A DNA stretch of 63,014 nt, counting the filler, from Squatina squatina (Eukaryota): NCBI GenBank assembly GCA_031763465.1. It is 4 parts of 4 records of this genome, joined end to end, with 100 filler letters (N's around TTAATTAATTAA, not from the genome) between each part and the next. Parts side by side here need not be neighbours in the genome. Positions count along the whole stretch, not along the records: positions 34,747 to 48,985 come from JARFOE010000162.1; positions 49,086 to 63,014 come from JARFOE010000168.1; 2 more parts are not named here. The stretch is one strand, 5' to 3'. Each line of letters begins with the position of its first letter. Position 1 is the stretch's first letter. Below are positions 37,463 through 50,027 of this stretch, piece after piece. The translations under genes were made by a program, and so were the position numbers. Below the pieces are notes generated by a model. It did no database searches. It was given only the letters and a program-made list of their open reading frames with translations, and was not told where the DNA came from.

Positions 37463-38013
37463 GGGCTGGATCTTGCTGGAGCGGAGCATCTTGCGGCACA
37501 CGTCATTAATTAAACTTTATTCTACACCCTACGGCTCAAAAAATATTCGTGCGTTAATTTGCTTGACGAGCCGGCTAATAACAATGCAGCGAGGGCAATG
37601 GGGAATCTGGGACCTCCGTGAACTTAAAATTTTTAAATCTCTATGAAGGAAGGAGACTCAACAGTTCAAATTGTTCCCTTTCTGGGCCTGAGAGACTGAT
37701 TGGCATCGCATTAACAATCACCGCCTCATTAACAAGGTACTTACGCTCTTAGTTACCAGACTTAATTTTCTGCTGTGTGTTTAATGGGCAAGTAACGGCC
37801 AAATCCAGCAAGTTGTTACAAATAACGTGGAGGCGAAAGGTGAGATGCCATTTGTGCAAATAAAAGGTTGGCGCGGCATAAAGCGAGCAGCAAGTTCTGG
37901 AGATTTGTTACTCATGACGCATCTCTTCATCCCGTGAACTTGCTGGCCGATTTGCACATTAATAACGGCGTGCGTCACTAACATGCTGTTATTTTTCCAG
38001 GAAGATGTGGCCC
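37463..38013. mobile_element. Non-autonomous DNA transposon, probably PIF/Harbinger
   Basis: TIR-like ends GGGCTGGATCTTGCTGGA vs reverse complement GGGCCACATCTTCCTGGA (14/18); CpG-rich interior. Confidence 0.55.
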
Positions 38014-41000
38014 AGCACCTCATGCCATGTTTGCTAATCTCTTCTGACCAATACATTGACTTCAATGTTCTGAAAGTTACTCTGGAATCTTTGGGCAGAA
38101 TGATTAATTTCTAAACCTCGAACAAACCTCAATGACAGAGTGAAGGAAATAATTTAACTGGCTATGTCGCCAAATACTTAATTGCTCAGCATTACTGTAA
38201 TTGTGTTTTGGTGCCCGAATTCCTTTTCAACGTTGTATTTTTTAATCACTCGAAATGACTGGAAGAACATTTTGACCATTATGTACTGAAATATGATTCT
38301 TGTCCAGAAGTGCAACATTAATAGAAGATTACAGTTAATTTGCTTTATTTAGTATTGACTAAAAATGAATAATGCCCTTTACATTTCTATAATTTAACAT
38401 CAAGAATAATGAACATATAGAATGCACAGGAAATTAATCTTGGAAATGCAATTGAACTTGCAGATATTTACAGCTGCTGTACAACTTCTGGCTAACAACT
38501 TTCATACTATAATATTGCAATCTTAAGATCACCAGTCTGAACCCCAAAACTATTATTTTTCCTGTCTGCCCTTGCTTTTGTAGATGTTATTTACTTACAA
38601 GTTGAGCAGAAGTAATTGCTGTGCTAGATCTCACATGACACAGCAAGGGCTGTTCAATTTGAACCCACAAATCATCTGGGAATTTGCACCAAGGATTTGA
38701 TTTGTTGATTCAAAGAGTTTCCAATTTCAAACACAGTTCTGTTCAGTCGCGCGACATGCTTCCTTTCCTNNNNNNNNNNNNNNNNNNNNNNNNNNNNNNN
38801 NNNNNNNNNNNNNNNNNNNNNNNNNNNNNNNNNNNNNNNNNNNNNNNNNNNNNNNNNNNNNNNNNNNNNAAGCTTGGACCTTAAAATCAGTCTCAGGATG
38901 TAGCAGTATTAAAAATAAACACTCACCGCTTCTGAGAAGATGAACCGCCGGTGAGGCCCAGATTTCTGTTCATTTAATCCTTGATATCTAGTTGACCTAA
39001 ACGCGACGTTTCCTATACTTGATATTTTGAATTATTTTCCTGAAGTAACAGTTAGCTCCATGATGCTTGGTATTATGAAGCACATTCTTCCAACCACCAC
39101 ACAGCCTGCTGTAGGCTGTTTGTGATGCTGCGGCAATCAGAACCTCTTGAGAGCCCAACAATACATGTAGAAGGGGGAGCGAAGCAAAGCTGGCTGCTGT
39201 TAACACCAGGCATGGATCATTCCGTTACAGGGATTCACATTTCCCACACACACATGGTTCCATTTTTCCAAACCAGCTTGTAGGGTTCTGGCATAACAAG
39301 CATACGGAGGACAACCTTGGGTCGTTAAGGAGAAGCGTTCTGAAAGTTAATGATCTTGTCGGATATGGCCATTTTCTCTCTTGGAATGGATATTTTATTT
39401 AAAAATACGAGTACAAGAGAAGGGTAAATGGTACTTTAACACGTTTGTTCTTTATGCAGCAAATGCTTCAATGATCTGTCCGTGACAGCCCCATTTCCGC
39501 ACTGCCCAATAATCCATATTATGCACTGGTTGTTACTATTGGTGCGTGCTTCAATTTGAAAAGGACAGTTGATATATATAGTGCATAAATTTGAATGGCA
39601 AGCAGTAATTAAGGACAGATGAGTCAGCACCTTGTTTGCCAGAGATAAAATGAATGAACTAGAATCATCACTTCCAGAATTCTAAAATAGATTAGAACTA
39701 TGTGTACAAAAGCCATTTAAAGAAATTAATGGACAAACACGGAACTGCTTCTTGCTTCGAAGCTACAAGCCTGACCCACACAGTTCAATAAGGCGGCAAA
39801 AGAACGAAAGGGGAATCAGATAGCATTGTACATCTCTGTCAGGACTTGGTGCCAAAAAGCGTGCAGACGCCTGTCAATACAAGGCTGTGAGAAAGCCAAC
39901 CTTCAGAATGAATAGCAAAAACCTGGGCAAATACACATACACCTTTACAAAAATTTCTATCCACAGATTGTATATCTACTTGAACAGACCTGTGACATTT
40001 TAAATCCCTTCAGAGAAAAATATCTCAGCCTACTTGCAAAGATATGATCTGGAATGAAGGTGAAAGCACAAAACATATTTTGGTATTCTCTGTTGTTATT
40101 TAGATCACAGTATGTATGTGTTTATTTTTTTCCAAATATTTGTCTGTGCAGAGTTTGAATATACTATTTGCCTATATATCAGTTGCTTTCAATCAATTAA
40201 GTGTTTATTTGTAATTAATTTTCACAAGTCAAATGAGCTGTGTTTACCTAGAACACATACTGACGTCTTTTAGTTGAATGCATTTTGAGCAAAAGCAATT
40301 TTATGTGGGCGATTCCAAGTTTAATTTTTAAAATACAGAACGCATTCAAGAGGAAATAGGGATCTATCAGCATGTGCAGATTCTACTTAATTGATTATTG
40401 ATAATTGTCAAACAAGACAGCTTCCTCACCAACCAAACCTGTACTTCCACAGAATACCAAGGTCTGACTTATGAGACATCAACCATTGTTGCAGTGCTCT
40501 TTTACCAAATCCTGTGGCTATGTTAAATACAGTAAAAGGCATATATGCACAATTACAAATATACATATTTAAAGTGTGAAATCGACACAAGGAAAATAAT
40601 GTTTTCCTTGTNNNNNNNNNNNNNNNNNNNNNNNNNNNNNNNNNNNNNNNNNNNNNNNNNNNNNNNNNNNNNNNNNNNNNNNNNNNNNNNNNNNNNNNNN
40701 NNNNNNNNNNNACGTGCATCAATGAAATCTGATTTACCTGACTAAATATATTGGAGATGGTATACATAGATACACATGGATACATTTACATAGCAAGAGA
40801 GAGAAAGGGAGAGAGATTTAAAAGAGCTGGTAAGGAGGGATGATAGATGAACAGTGTAGCAGAACTAAAACATATCAATCAGAATAGTTCCACTAGAGAT
40901 TACTAGGATATTCAGTTTGTTAACAAAGAATTGCAGACCGGCTTCTCCCTCCAGAAATATCACTATAAAAGGCAACTAGGGAACAATCTCATGACTCATG

Positions 41001-41384
41001 CTCCAATTTTTATTCCTTAGTCGTGGGTAAACGCCTCCTCCAGGTGGTCCAGCTGAGGATAACATTCCGAGTTTTCTTTCTGGGTATTCATGGAGAATTG
41101 CCCTACTATTTCGACATCAGGTAAAGAATATATTCATCAAATTTTAATGCCTAATTCCCAGCATTCATTAACTGCTACTATTTTCTCAAGAGAAACAACC
41201 ATTAAAGTGAATGTTTCTCAGTGCATCACAGCCATTACTACTGTGAAAAGATTGCTGAAAATTAGCTTTCTTGAAATTATGAAGTCAAATTACTTATTAC
41301 TGCTGGCTGATGGGGAACTAGAACGGAACAAAGTAAAGTGGTCACTTGAATGGAGGCAAGGTAGTTAACAAGTTACAGTTAACT

Positions 41385-41522
41385 GTGAAAGCAACAATTT
41401 GCATTTAGTTTACCCACATTACAACAGTTACTACACTCCAAAACTACTTCATTGGCTATAAAGCACTTTGAGACGACCAGCGATCATGAAAGGCGCTATA
41501 TAAATGTAGATCTTTCTTCCTT
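41385..41522 (+). mobile_element. DeuSINE-like SINE 3' part
   Basis: CATTACAACAG..ACTACACT...CATTGGCTATAAAGCACTTTG...GGCGCTATATAAATG tail. Confidence 0.7.
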
Positions 41523-41559
41523 TTATAGTCAGTTTGCTGTTTGCAGTGATATATGCTAA

Positions 41560-42335
41560 TCATATCATAAAATCATAGAAATGTATGACACAGGAGGAGG
41601 CCCATCGTGTCTATGCAGGTCGAAAAATAACTATCGAGCCTAATTCCACTTTCCAGCTCTTGGTCCGTAGCCTTGAAGATTACGGCATTTCAACTGCATA
41701 TCCAAGTACTTTTTAAATGCGATAGGGTTTCTGCCTCTACAACCCTTTCAGGCAGTGAGTTCCAGACCCCCACCACTCTGAGGTTGAAAAAATTTCTACT
41801 CAACTCCCCTCAAATCCTTCTACCAATTACTTTAAATTTATGTCCCCTGGTTATTGACCCCTCTTCTGCTAAGGGAAATAGGTCTTTCCTATCCACTCTA
41901 TCTAGGACCCTCATAATTTTATAAAACTCAATTAGGTCTCCCCTCAGCCTCCTCTGTTCCAAAGAAAACAACCCCAGCCGATCCAATATTTCCTCATAGC
42001 TAAAATTTTCCAGTCCTGGAAACTTCCTCGTAAATCTCCTGCGTACCCTCTCTGATGGAATCACATCTTCCCTGTAATGTGGTGACAAGAACTGTACACA
42101 GTACTCTAGCTGTGGCCTAACTAGTGTTTTAGACAGTTGAAGCATAACCTCCATGCTCTTGTATTCTATGCTTTGGCTAATAAAGGAAAGTATCCCGTAT
42201 GCCTTCTTAACCATCTTATCTACCTGTCCTGCTACCTTCAGGGATCTGTGGGCATGCACACCAAGGTCTTTCTGTTCCTCTACACTTCTCAGTATCCTAC
42301 TATTTATTCTGTATTCCCTTGCCTTGTTGGCCCTC
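41560..42335 (-). mobile_element. CR1 LINE 3' fragment
   Basis: 149-aa ORF with KVAGQVDKMVKKAYG, RPQLEYCVQF, LGLFSLEQRRLRGDLIE, TRGHKFKV; CR1 tail. Confidence 0.95.
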
Positions 42336-45017
42336 CCTTAATATGGCAGCAGTGCTATTCAGTAAGGTTTATAGCATTATTNNNNNNNNNNNNNNNNNNN
42401 NNNNNNNNNNNNNNNNNNNNNNNNNNNNNNNNNNNNNNNNNNNNNNNNNNNNNNNNNNNNNNNNNNNNNNNNNNNNNNNNNGAACCCTCATTCATAATGT
42501 TCTCATGATTTACTGTCACAAGTTGCATACATTGAATAACTAGAGCAAGGTCTACGTCCATTTGGAAATATTTGAAACTCAAACCTGTCATGCTTGGGGT
42601 TCTAATACTGACTCAGTTCTTCAGTTCTGTTTGGGTTTAGTTTTATTTTGAAGTGGGGGAGCATACTTATCTAGTGGGATTGGTCCTCAATGCCACTACT
42701 TAACAATCTTTAAAATACAGGAAGGACATAACTGTGTACATAACTATTTTGCATTATAGCATTGGTTGTGGTAAGATATATTAACTTTCTTGAAGTATAT
42801 CAACAATAATGATTGTATTGGGAGACACCAGGGTATAAGATTAATTTTAGATTGCTGGCATAGACACAGTGGTCCAAATCATCTCCTTCTGTGCTGTATG
42901 GTTCTGTGGTTCCAACCTCCGAATGCTATACCACCTAGAAAGAACAAATCATTCCACACGTAACATTATCAAACCCAGTCCAACTTCAGTCTTGCAGGTC
43001 AAAGTTCACCCCCAACACCCGCCCTGACATATACACAAAACTCTCTCAAGAGAACTGCTCAACCTTGAAGATAAACCAAGCAATGATCTTATCACAGTAT
43101 GGCTTACATTTGGTGGACACCACACTTCACGCCTCAAAAACCCACAAACACCATCATAGGAAGTTTGTTGCAATAAATATATTAACCCCATAGCCATGCC
43201 TTTATTTCTGAAACCTACTACAAGCCCGACTTTATACAAATCACCTTTCCCAACATATCATACATACACTGTATTACTTCTCCATTTAGAACGTTTATTG
43301 GCAAGTACTCAAACACCATTCATTACAAATTCAAAAGTCATAGGAAGGCATGGTTACTGGCTTCAAATTAAATTATAAACGCTGCTATCCACCAGGTTTC
43401 CTGTTAATTGCTGCTGATCTTACACATTCTCTGTATGCTGGAATAAACAGCACAATCATTTAAACTTTTTGGAGTTTTGTTGGTTTTAATTACTAAATCA
43501 GTTCACCCCCGCACCCCAACAAAGTGCACCAAGATGCTTTTAACTGACAGCTTCTCTTCAGTTCTACCACTTGTCTGACAAAGAAGCACCAAAACCACTG
43601 TACGTGCTGCAATTCTTCATCTTGATGCGTTTATTATTCATGTAACAGAAAAAAATGATTTCCTTCAGAAATTAATCTGCTAGCTTGGAAATGTGCTGGA
43701 GAGCTGTTCATTTCTTTGTTGCAATGGACTATTATATGCGTACGTCAAAAAAGGCATGAGTCACTTGCTCGCTCTAGTTCCACTTCAAATACCCCTTTAG
43801 GGCCTTCATGCATATGCAGAGCATCAGTAAGCGAGGATTTTCAGAAAGTTGATCTAAGAAAACAGTAATTATAGATATTAAGAATTCCATAAGGCAAACG
43901 CATTGCATTTGTACAAGAGTCATCACGCTTTCCCCATGGAGATGGCAATGTTCTTAAAGCAAGTTTTGTCATCTGTAGGATAAAGGATTGAATTTCTTTA
44001 TAAAAATAAAGCAGAAATGCTGAAGCTCTTTATTCATGAATGTGCTTGCACAACAGTGTTTTTTGCATTTTTTCATCAGCTGACCAATTACATTCAGAGG
44101 TTTCCTGATTACCCAGGTTCCCTGGAGTGAGCATCCCTTGAACCGCATTGCATAACTAAATCCATTAAATAGATGTCATTCCTGACAACCAGGGACACAT
44201 ACTTGCATACTTAAATAGGTTACAAACATTGTGAATCCCTGGCATTTTTCAATAAAATGGTCAAAATTGAGGAGCGCATGCTGGGAGCGTTAAGGGTCTG
44301 GGCCGGGATTTTTATCGCCNNNNNNNNNNNNNNNNNNNNNNNNNNNNNNNNNNNNNNNNNNNNNNNNNNNNNNNNNNNNNNNNNNNNNNNNNNNNNNNNN
44401 NNNNNNNNNNNNNNNNNNNTGGCTTTGGTTGTTGTGAATTATTATGATTGCATATTTACTTAAATAAAAGTGAAGGAATTGGGAGACTGTCCATTGCAAC
44501 AACATTCTTTATACTTGTATTGCCTTAATCACTTACAATCAGCTGCATACCAGATTTATTCACCCTTTCCATTGCTGGTCAACTGACCTTGACAAATAAT
44601 TACTCTTTTTTTTTGATTGGCATTTGCCGTATGCCCCTACCACATCTGAAGATGGAAGAGAGAAATACTTGTATCTATAGTACTCTTAATCATGTGAAGG
44701 AAAGATTTCCACTGTTCACATGCCCTTTGTACACACATTTACAATTTTGCAACAAATACTGAAATGAAAATCAGCCCCATCCCAATATTAAACTTGCCAC
44801 AAGCATTTGAGATGAATTAGTTTTGACGAGTAATGGTCGTTATATAAGCAAACATGAGAACCATTTTGTTCACAGAGTGATCTCACAAACAGCAAGGATA
44901 TAATAACCAGTTTACGTTTTTGGTGATGTTGGCCAGTAGGCCAATAGAACTCATGACTCCTCTTCCAAGAATGGAATGGAATCAGGAAATTTGTTTAGAA
45001 CCTGCTCTGAAAGACAG

Positions 45018-45665
45018 CGGGGGTGAAATTCCACATTTTTCACCCCATTAGCGCCTCTCAAGGCGCTAGGGGTGCTATAAAATCATTTTCGCTGGGGTCG
45101 GGCAGCAATTACGCCTCCTGGGCAAGGGCCTTTGCGCTGTGACCCGCAAATTTCATTGCGGGTTGACGTGCCACGTCATAAGTGTGCGCGCCAACCCCTT
45201 ACTGCTCCATGGCGATCCCTTTGCACCAGGTGGGGGAAATTCCCCTGTGGGATGCAAGGCCCGCTGCTGGTGATGGCACCAATAGCTTCACGGGGCTTGA
45301 AGCTGTCAGGGCGGCGGGCCTTAAAGGCGAGGGTCTTTGCGCCATCGGCCGCCATCTTTTCCTGTCAGCTGACTCGTTGGTCGACCCACCGATGGCAGCA
45401 CGCGCCTCGATCAGGCCGCCATCCATTAGCCCAGCAAGCCAACTAGCGTGCCGGGATGTTGGCCCAATCTGAAGCCTCCCTGGTGGCCCCGTGGTGCCCA
45501 TCGAGGTGCTGATCTCCAAGCGTGGCTGCCTTCCACTTTAAGGACGGGGCGGGGCCTTCTGCGATGTCAGCATTCCGCGAAGCTACCGTGCAGCGTGTAG
45601 CGCCCATTACCGCCCTGGGGGTGAGAGATCCGGGGCCAGCGGTAACTGAGTCAATTTTCAATTTT
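45018..45665. mobile_element. GC/CpG-rich non-coding repeat, probably a non-autonomous Harbinger
   Basis: Abrupt GC island starting GGGGGTGAAATT in AT-rich DNA; overlapping ORFs match nothing recognisable. Confidence 0.4.
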
Positions 45666-48600
45666 CAAAGTTTTCAATTTGACTCGTAAGAAACACAACT
45701 TCTGTCCGCCCCTTACAAACCATATGGTGGGCTCGGGGTGGAGACTCCATGGCCCAGGATGAGAACTTAAGTGCATCTGTGGCAACCGATACAGCACGAA
45801 AGGCCAGGTGTACCAACCTTCACTAAAATGCATGGAAGTGACCAGCAAGTGACCTGAAAACCCATAGAGCAATTTTTTAAACAATAAATTTATCCTGCAA
45901 CAATTTTCTTATGTAGCGGACAATTGTAGGAGTGGCAGGGTGGATGCTGAGGGGATTGGGGGAGGGGGTGGGGGGATGTGGTCAATCTCCTCCTCTGAAT
46001 TAGAATGATCATTTCACTTTCCTTGATTTGCTCCTTGTCCGCTACAAGCTTTGGGTCACTCCCCATGCTCCATTAGCCTTATTCCCTCATTCTCTCCCAG
46101 CCACCCAGCTGTTAACATGCCCCTTAGAACTCAATCAATCTACCCGTAAAAGCCCACTTGATTTGTCTCCCTTCTACACCTGGCACTCAAGTGGCATGGC
46201 ACTATACCTCCAGCTTTGCTGTGTGGCACCAGGACGAATAGCACACGTCAGACTCCCATCACTCGTTGGTACCTCTTCTTCTTACAGCACAACCACAGTC
46301 CATAAGACGCTCAACAACCCATGTCTTAATGAAATAACCTATTTCTCTCATAGCTACAGTAACTACTTTTAAAGAAGTCTTTATTTCACATAGTGCAACT
46401 CTGTGGGGAAAACATTCTTCAACGTCAACACTTGATCATTTTGTTCAACCATTTCATGCTCTTAGTCTCTATTCTGCAGTCACAATCCAAGCTACATAAC
46501 CTGCTTAAATCTATATTTTCCATGCTGCTCATATTTAAGCTTAATATCTTGCTATTTATATAATCACATCATTGAGATCTAAAAATTACATTTAAAGCGG
46601 GTACAATTAAGCCTGACTACTTTTGATTATTTTATAGTTGCTCCTCGTGATGAACTTTTAGTGATAATTTCACTGGATTGGAAGAAGTTTTTAGCAATTA
46701 TAGATTTCATGTGACTTCTTCTGCTGTACACTCTTGTCCACAGGGGACTGGATTGGGACTGCCAAAGCACATCTCAAATGGGACAGATAACACAGATTGA
46801 AGTGGAGACTTAGCCCATCTGTCTGAGCTAGGACTGAATTCAGGTCTCACTAATGAACTGAGAGTATTCCACACACTGCATCACCAACTTCCTTTATTCT
46901 ACACTAAAATTAATACTAAGTAAGAGCTTCCCACAGTGCAGGAAATCAAGAAAGTAATTACAGAATTTTAACTTTTGCAGTTATAAGCCAACAAGAGATT
47001 TGATTCTTTCTCACCTCTAGCTGTGAGATTAGTATACAGTAAATTAATCATTAACACATGTGGCAACTCTGGACAGCTTATCTGCTTTTCCACAGAGGGA
47101 TTCTTGGCCATCTGCTGTTACTTCGATGAGGTGCCTATGAATATTATTCCCTCAGAAGCTTGTCCTTGAAATGCTGAAATCAAAATGAGAGCCTTGGCCG
47201 TTGTTAAACGGTGCTCGACACTAAACTATGAATTTGTGCTGATAACGAACTGCAGTTCGTGTTTGTACCATATTGTGAGCAAAAAGAATTTTAAAACTTG
47301 CTTACTTTTAGTTCATAAAGCAATGAAAGATTGCCACAGAAAGAATGAGTTATGCAAGTGCATAGTATTGGCATGACAGTAATGTTAGACATTTTGGCAT
47401 TAGCACATGCTGCAATATGATGTGGCATAGCACAATGAAGTATAGGGTTGAATACCAATCAGGTAAAGTTGTCAGTGATTGGTCAACAGTGCACAGGAAG
47501 TGATCTCATTATCCTCAATACTGTCTGGTTTATTGTGCTCGTTCATATTCATGAAACGTCTGCCTGTAGAAATAGGGATAGTTAATTTGTAATGTGACAG
47601 TTCAAAGTCGCGGCTGGATGTCTCGGCAGTGATGCAGTTCTAACAGGATGTGGAGAAAGGCTCGCATAAGAGGAAGAGAAGGGACTGCCACCTTCAGGCC
47701 CAAAACAGATAGTTGCTTTTGTACATCCCATTAGCCAATGTATATATATATATATACATATGTATCCTCTCCTCTTCACCATGCCATGGACTTGTGTTAA
47801 AGACTATTTTGATTCATCGTGCTGCATTTTCTACTTCATCTAAATTGGGGTAAAGGCATTAATTTGAATACAAAACTGACATNNNNNNNNNNAATCCTGA
47901 TGCGTCAATATCTCAAAATCATTTGGGGACTTTGTGGTATTGAAATTGACATTGCAAAAGACTAATCCTGTTCAATCAATTTCAGCCTAGGTACAGGAAT
48001 TAATTACTCAATAGTGTAGTTATATCAGATTGAGTGCAGCCTGGGAAATCGCCTTTCTCTTTGTGCCTGATATGAAATGCATGTTTAACTGCACTGAGTT
48101 AGATAAAGCATCATTCTTACACTGTATCGAAAGAATTCTGAGGATTTGCAATTTGTAAGAAGCCTTTAACACAAGAGAATTCTGATTAATTGGNNNNNNN
48201 NNNNNNNNNNNNNNNNNNNNNNNNNNNNNNNNNNNNNNNNNNNNNNNNNNNNNNNNNNNNNNNNNNNNNNNNNNNNNNNNNNNNNNNNNNNNNTGCAGGA
48301 AGGCTACACATTACTAATTGGTAACTGGAACAGACTTTTGTAGATTGAGGCATAAAAAGGCAAGGACATGCATGCAGTTATATGGAGTTAATTGGGCAGC
48401 ACTAATTTCACATTTTAGTCGCTGCTGAATTCCCTGATGGAGCACAATAAAACTATTCATTTTACAGACGGCAGTACACACCAAAGCAAATGGCAAGATA
48501 AATCATGTGGAAAACATATAGGCTTTGCATGGCTCCAGAAATGATCATCCCCAATTGTCAAATTTTAGGTAGAGTCTGTAAAATTAACAGGCCAGATTAT

Positions 48601-48985
48601 GCTCTGCAGGACTGGTAAAATCCTGCACAAGGAAATAAATTTCCCTTGTAACTTTACAAAAGGCTGCATTGGAACTTTTAAATCCCTTGTTCTATTTTCA
48701 ATTTCATTTTTTTCACACTTGTTCATTCCCTGAGCTCTGCAGCACTCTACAGTTGAGAAGCCAGATAGATGACCTGCTTCCAGATTTGTAACGATTCTGC
48801 AAGGAGCTGCAGGACAAATTGGCAACTAATGTTCTTTCCTTTGGGGAAGCGCCTCAGCAGTAACTTCAGCGCTTTATTATAACCAAAACAGGCTTTGTGA
48901 ACATGGTTTTTATTTGGAGAGAAAGAGAAAAGCAGCAAAATAACCCCTGTTTAAACCCTAGATATAACATTTTCACCACCAATCT

Positions 48986-49085
48986 NNNNNNNNNNNNNNN
49001 NNNNNNNNNNNNNNNNNNNNNNNNNNNNNTTAATTAATTAANNNNNNNNNNNNNNNNNNNNNNNNNNNNNNNNNNNNNNNNNNNN
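48986..49085. other. Artificial scaffold linker
   Basis: N-TTAATTAATTAA-N. Confidence 0.95.
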
Positions 49086-49424
49086 TTGGTTTCACTGTTT
49101 CTGCTCACTTGGCACGTTCCATTCACTGTTGACACAGCTTCGGGTGCCAAGAAATGTCTCCTAAAAATATATTCCTTTGCTCGACTGAGTCGTGAGCTTC
49201 GGGAATTGGTTAATAAAGGCCAGTGTGATATTCTACCGTGGAATGGTTTTGGAGCTCTTCAGCCTACAGGACTCCCATTACAATGGAATTGTACACCCTA
49301 TGCAAAGGCTAATGTCAGTTGGCAGGTACTGCTCTTGGTACCAATATATCAGAGCACCACGCATTTCTTTTTTTTCCACCTTGATCGGTGAAGCTGTTGC
49401 ACCATCCGTGCGTTTGAAGGAACC

Positions 49425-49944
49425 TTAGCCCACAAAGACTTGTTGCTGCACTTCTGAGCGTGGGTGAGAACATCCCTCAAGCCGACAGTCCAGGTTTCTG
49501 ANNNNNNNNNNTGGTGAAGTTCTTGTGCATGTAGGTGTAGAGCAGTGGTATAACAAAGCTGCATGAATAAGCCAGCAGCTTCGACAAGCCCTTAATAAAA
49601 TAGTAAATTTGATACCACGTTATCGAGTCCGATCCTTTAGGGCTAAAGGTAATGTGCACCAACAGTGTCATGTAATACGGGGTCCACAGTACAAACTGAG
49701 TACAGACTGTGGCCACCAGCAGTTTGTGTGTAGAAGGATCTAGCCTCGCAGAATCTTGATCAAGAGGGGTGGACTGGTTCCGGATTCGGAGAATCAGTAT
49801 TAAGGCATAGAGCACTGCTATAGCCGGCACAAAGAAGCCGATAAATACCATGATGGTATCCGCCACCTCTTTATTCTGTATTTTTGAGCACTCGATTATC
49901 TTGGGAACATGGCTGCACACATACAGTAGAAGAGACGAAAAGCA
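49425..49944 (-). CDS. GPR146: G protein-coupled receptor 146, C-terminal half (TM4 to stop)
   Basis: FSSLLLYVCSHV..ECSKIQNKEVAD..VFIGFFVP...TPLDQDSARLDPSTHKLLVATVCTQFVLWTPYY matches GPR146; after the mis-sized 10-N gap it continues IRNLDCRLEGCSHPRSEVQQQVFVG* (TAA 49427-49425). Confidence 0.93.
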
Positions 49945-50027
49945 TCCCAATAATACTAAACAACCAAGGGTCAAAAGTGGGTGAGGAAATAAATACAATC
50001 ACTGTCACTAGAGAAATTGTACTAGGC
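49925..50027 (+). mobile_element. CR1 ORF2 scrap abutting the GPR146 CDS
   Basis: TVEETKSIPIILNNQGSKVGEEINTITVTREIVLG resembles the CR1 pre-RT region. Confidence 0.6.

Noticed and set aside
45132-45661. Overlapping GC-rich ORFs or CpG-island promoter
   Set aside because: No recognisable protein or splice structure; sharp boundaries fit a transposon insertion.
49477-49511. Frameshift or early stop in GPR146 (QKPGLSA*)
   Set aside because: Caused by the 10-N placeholder; another frame gives a tail matching human GPR146.
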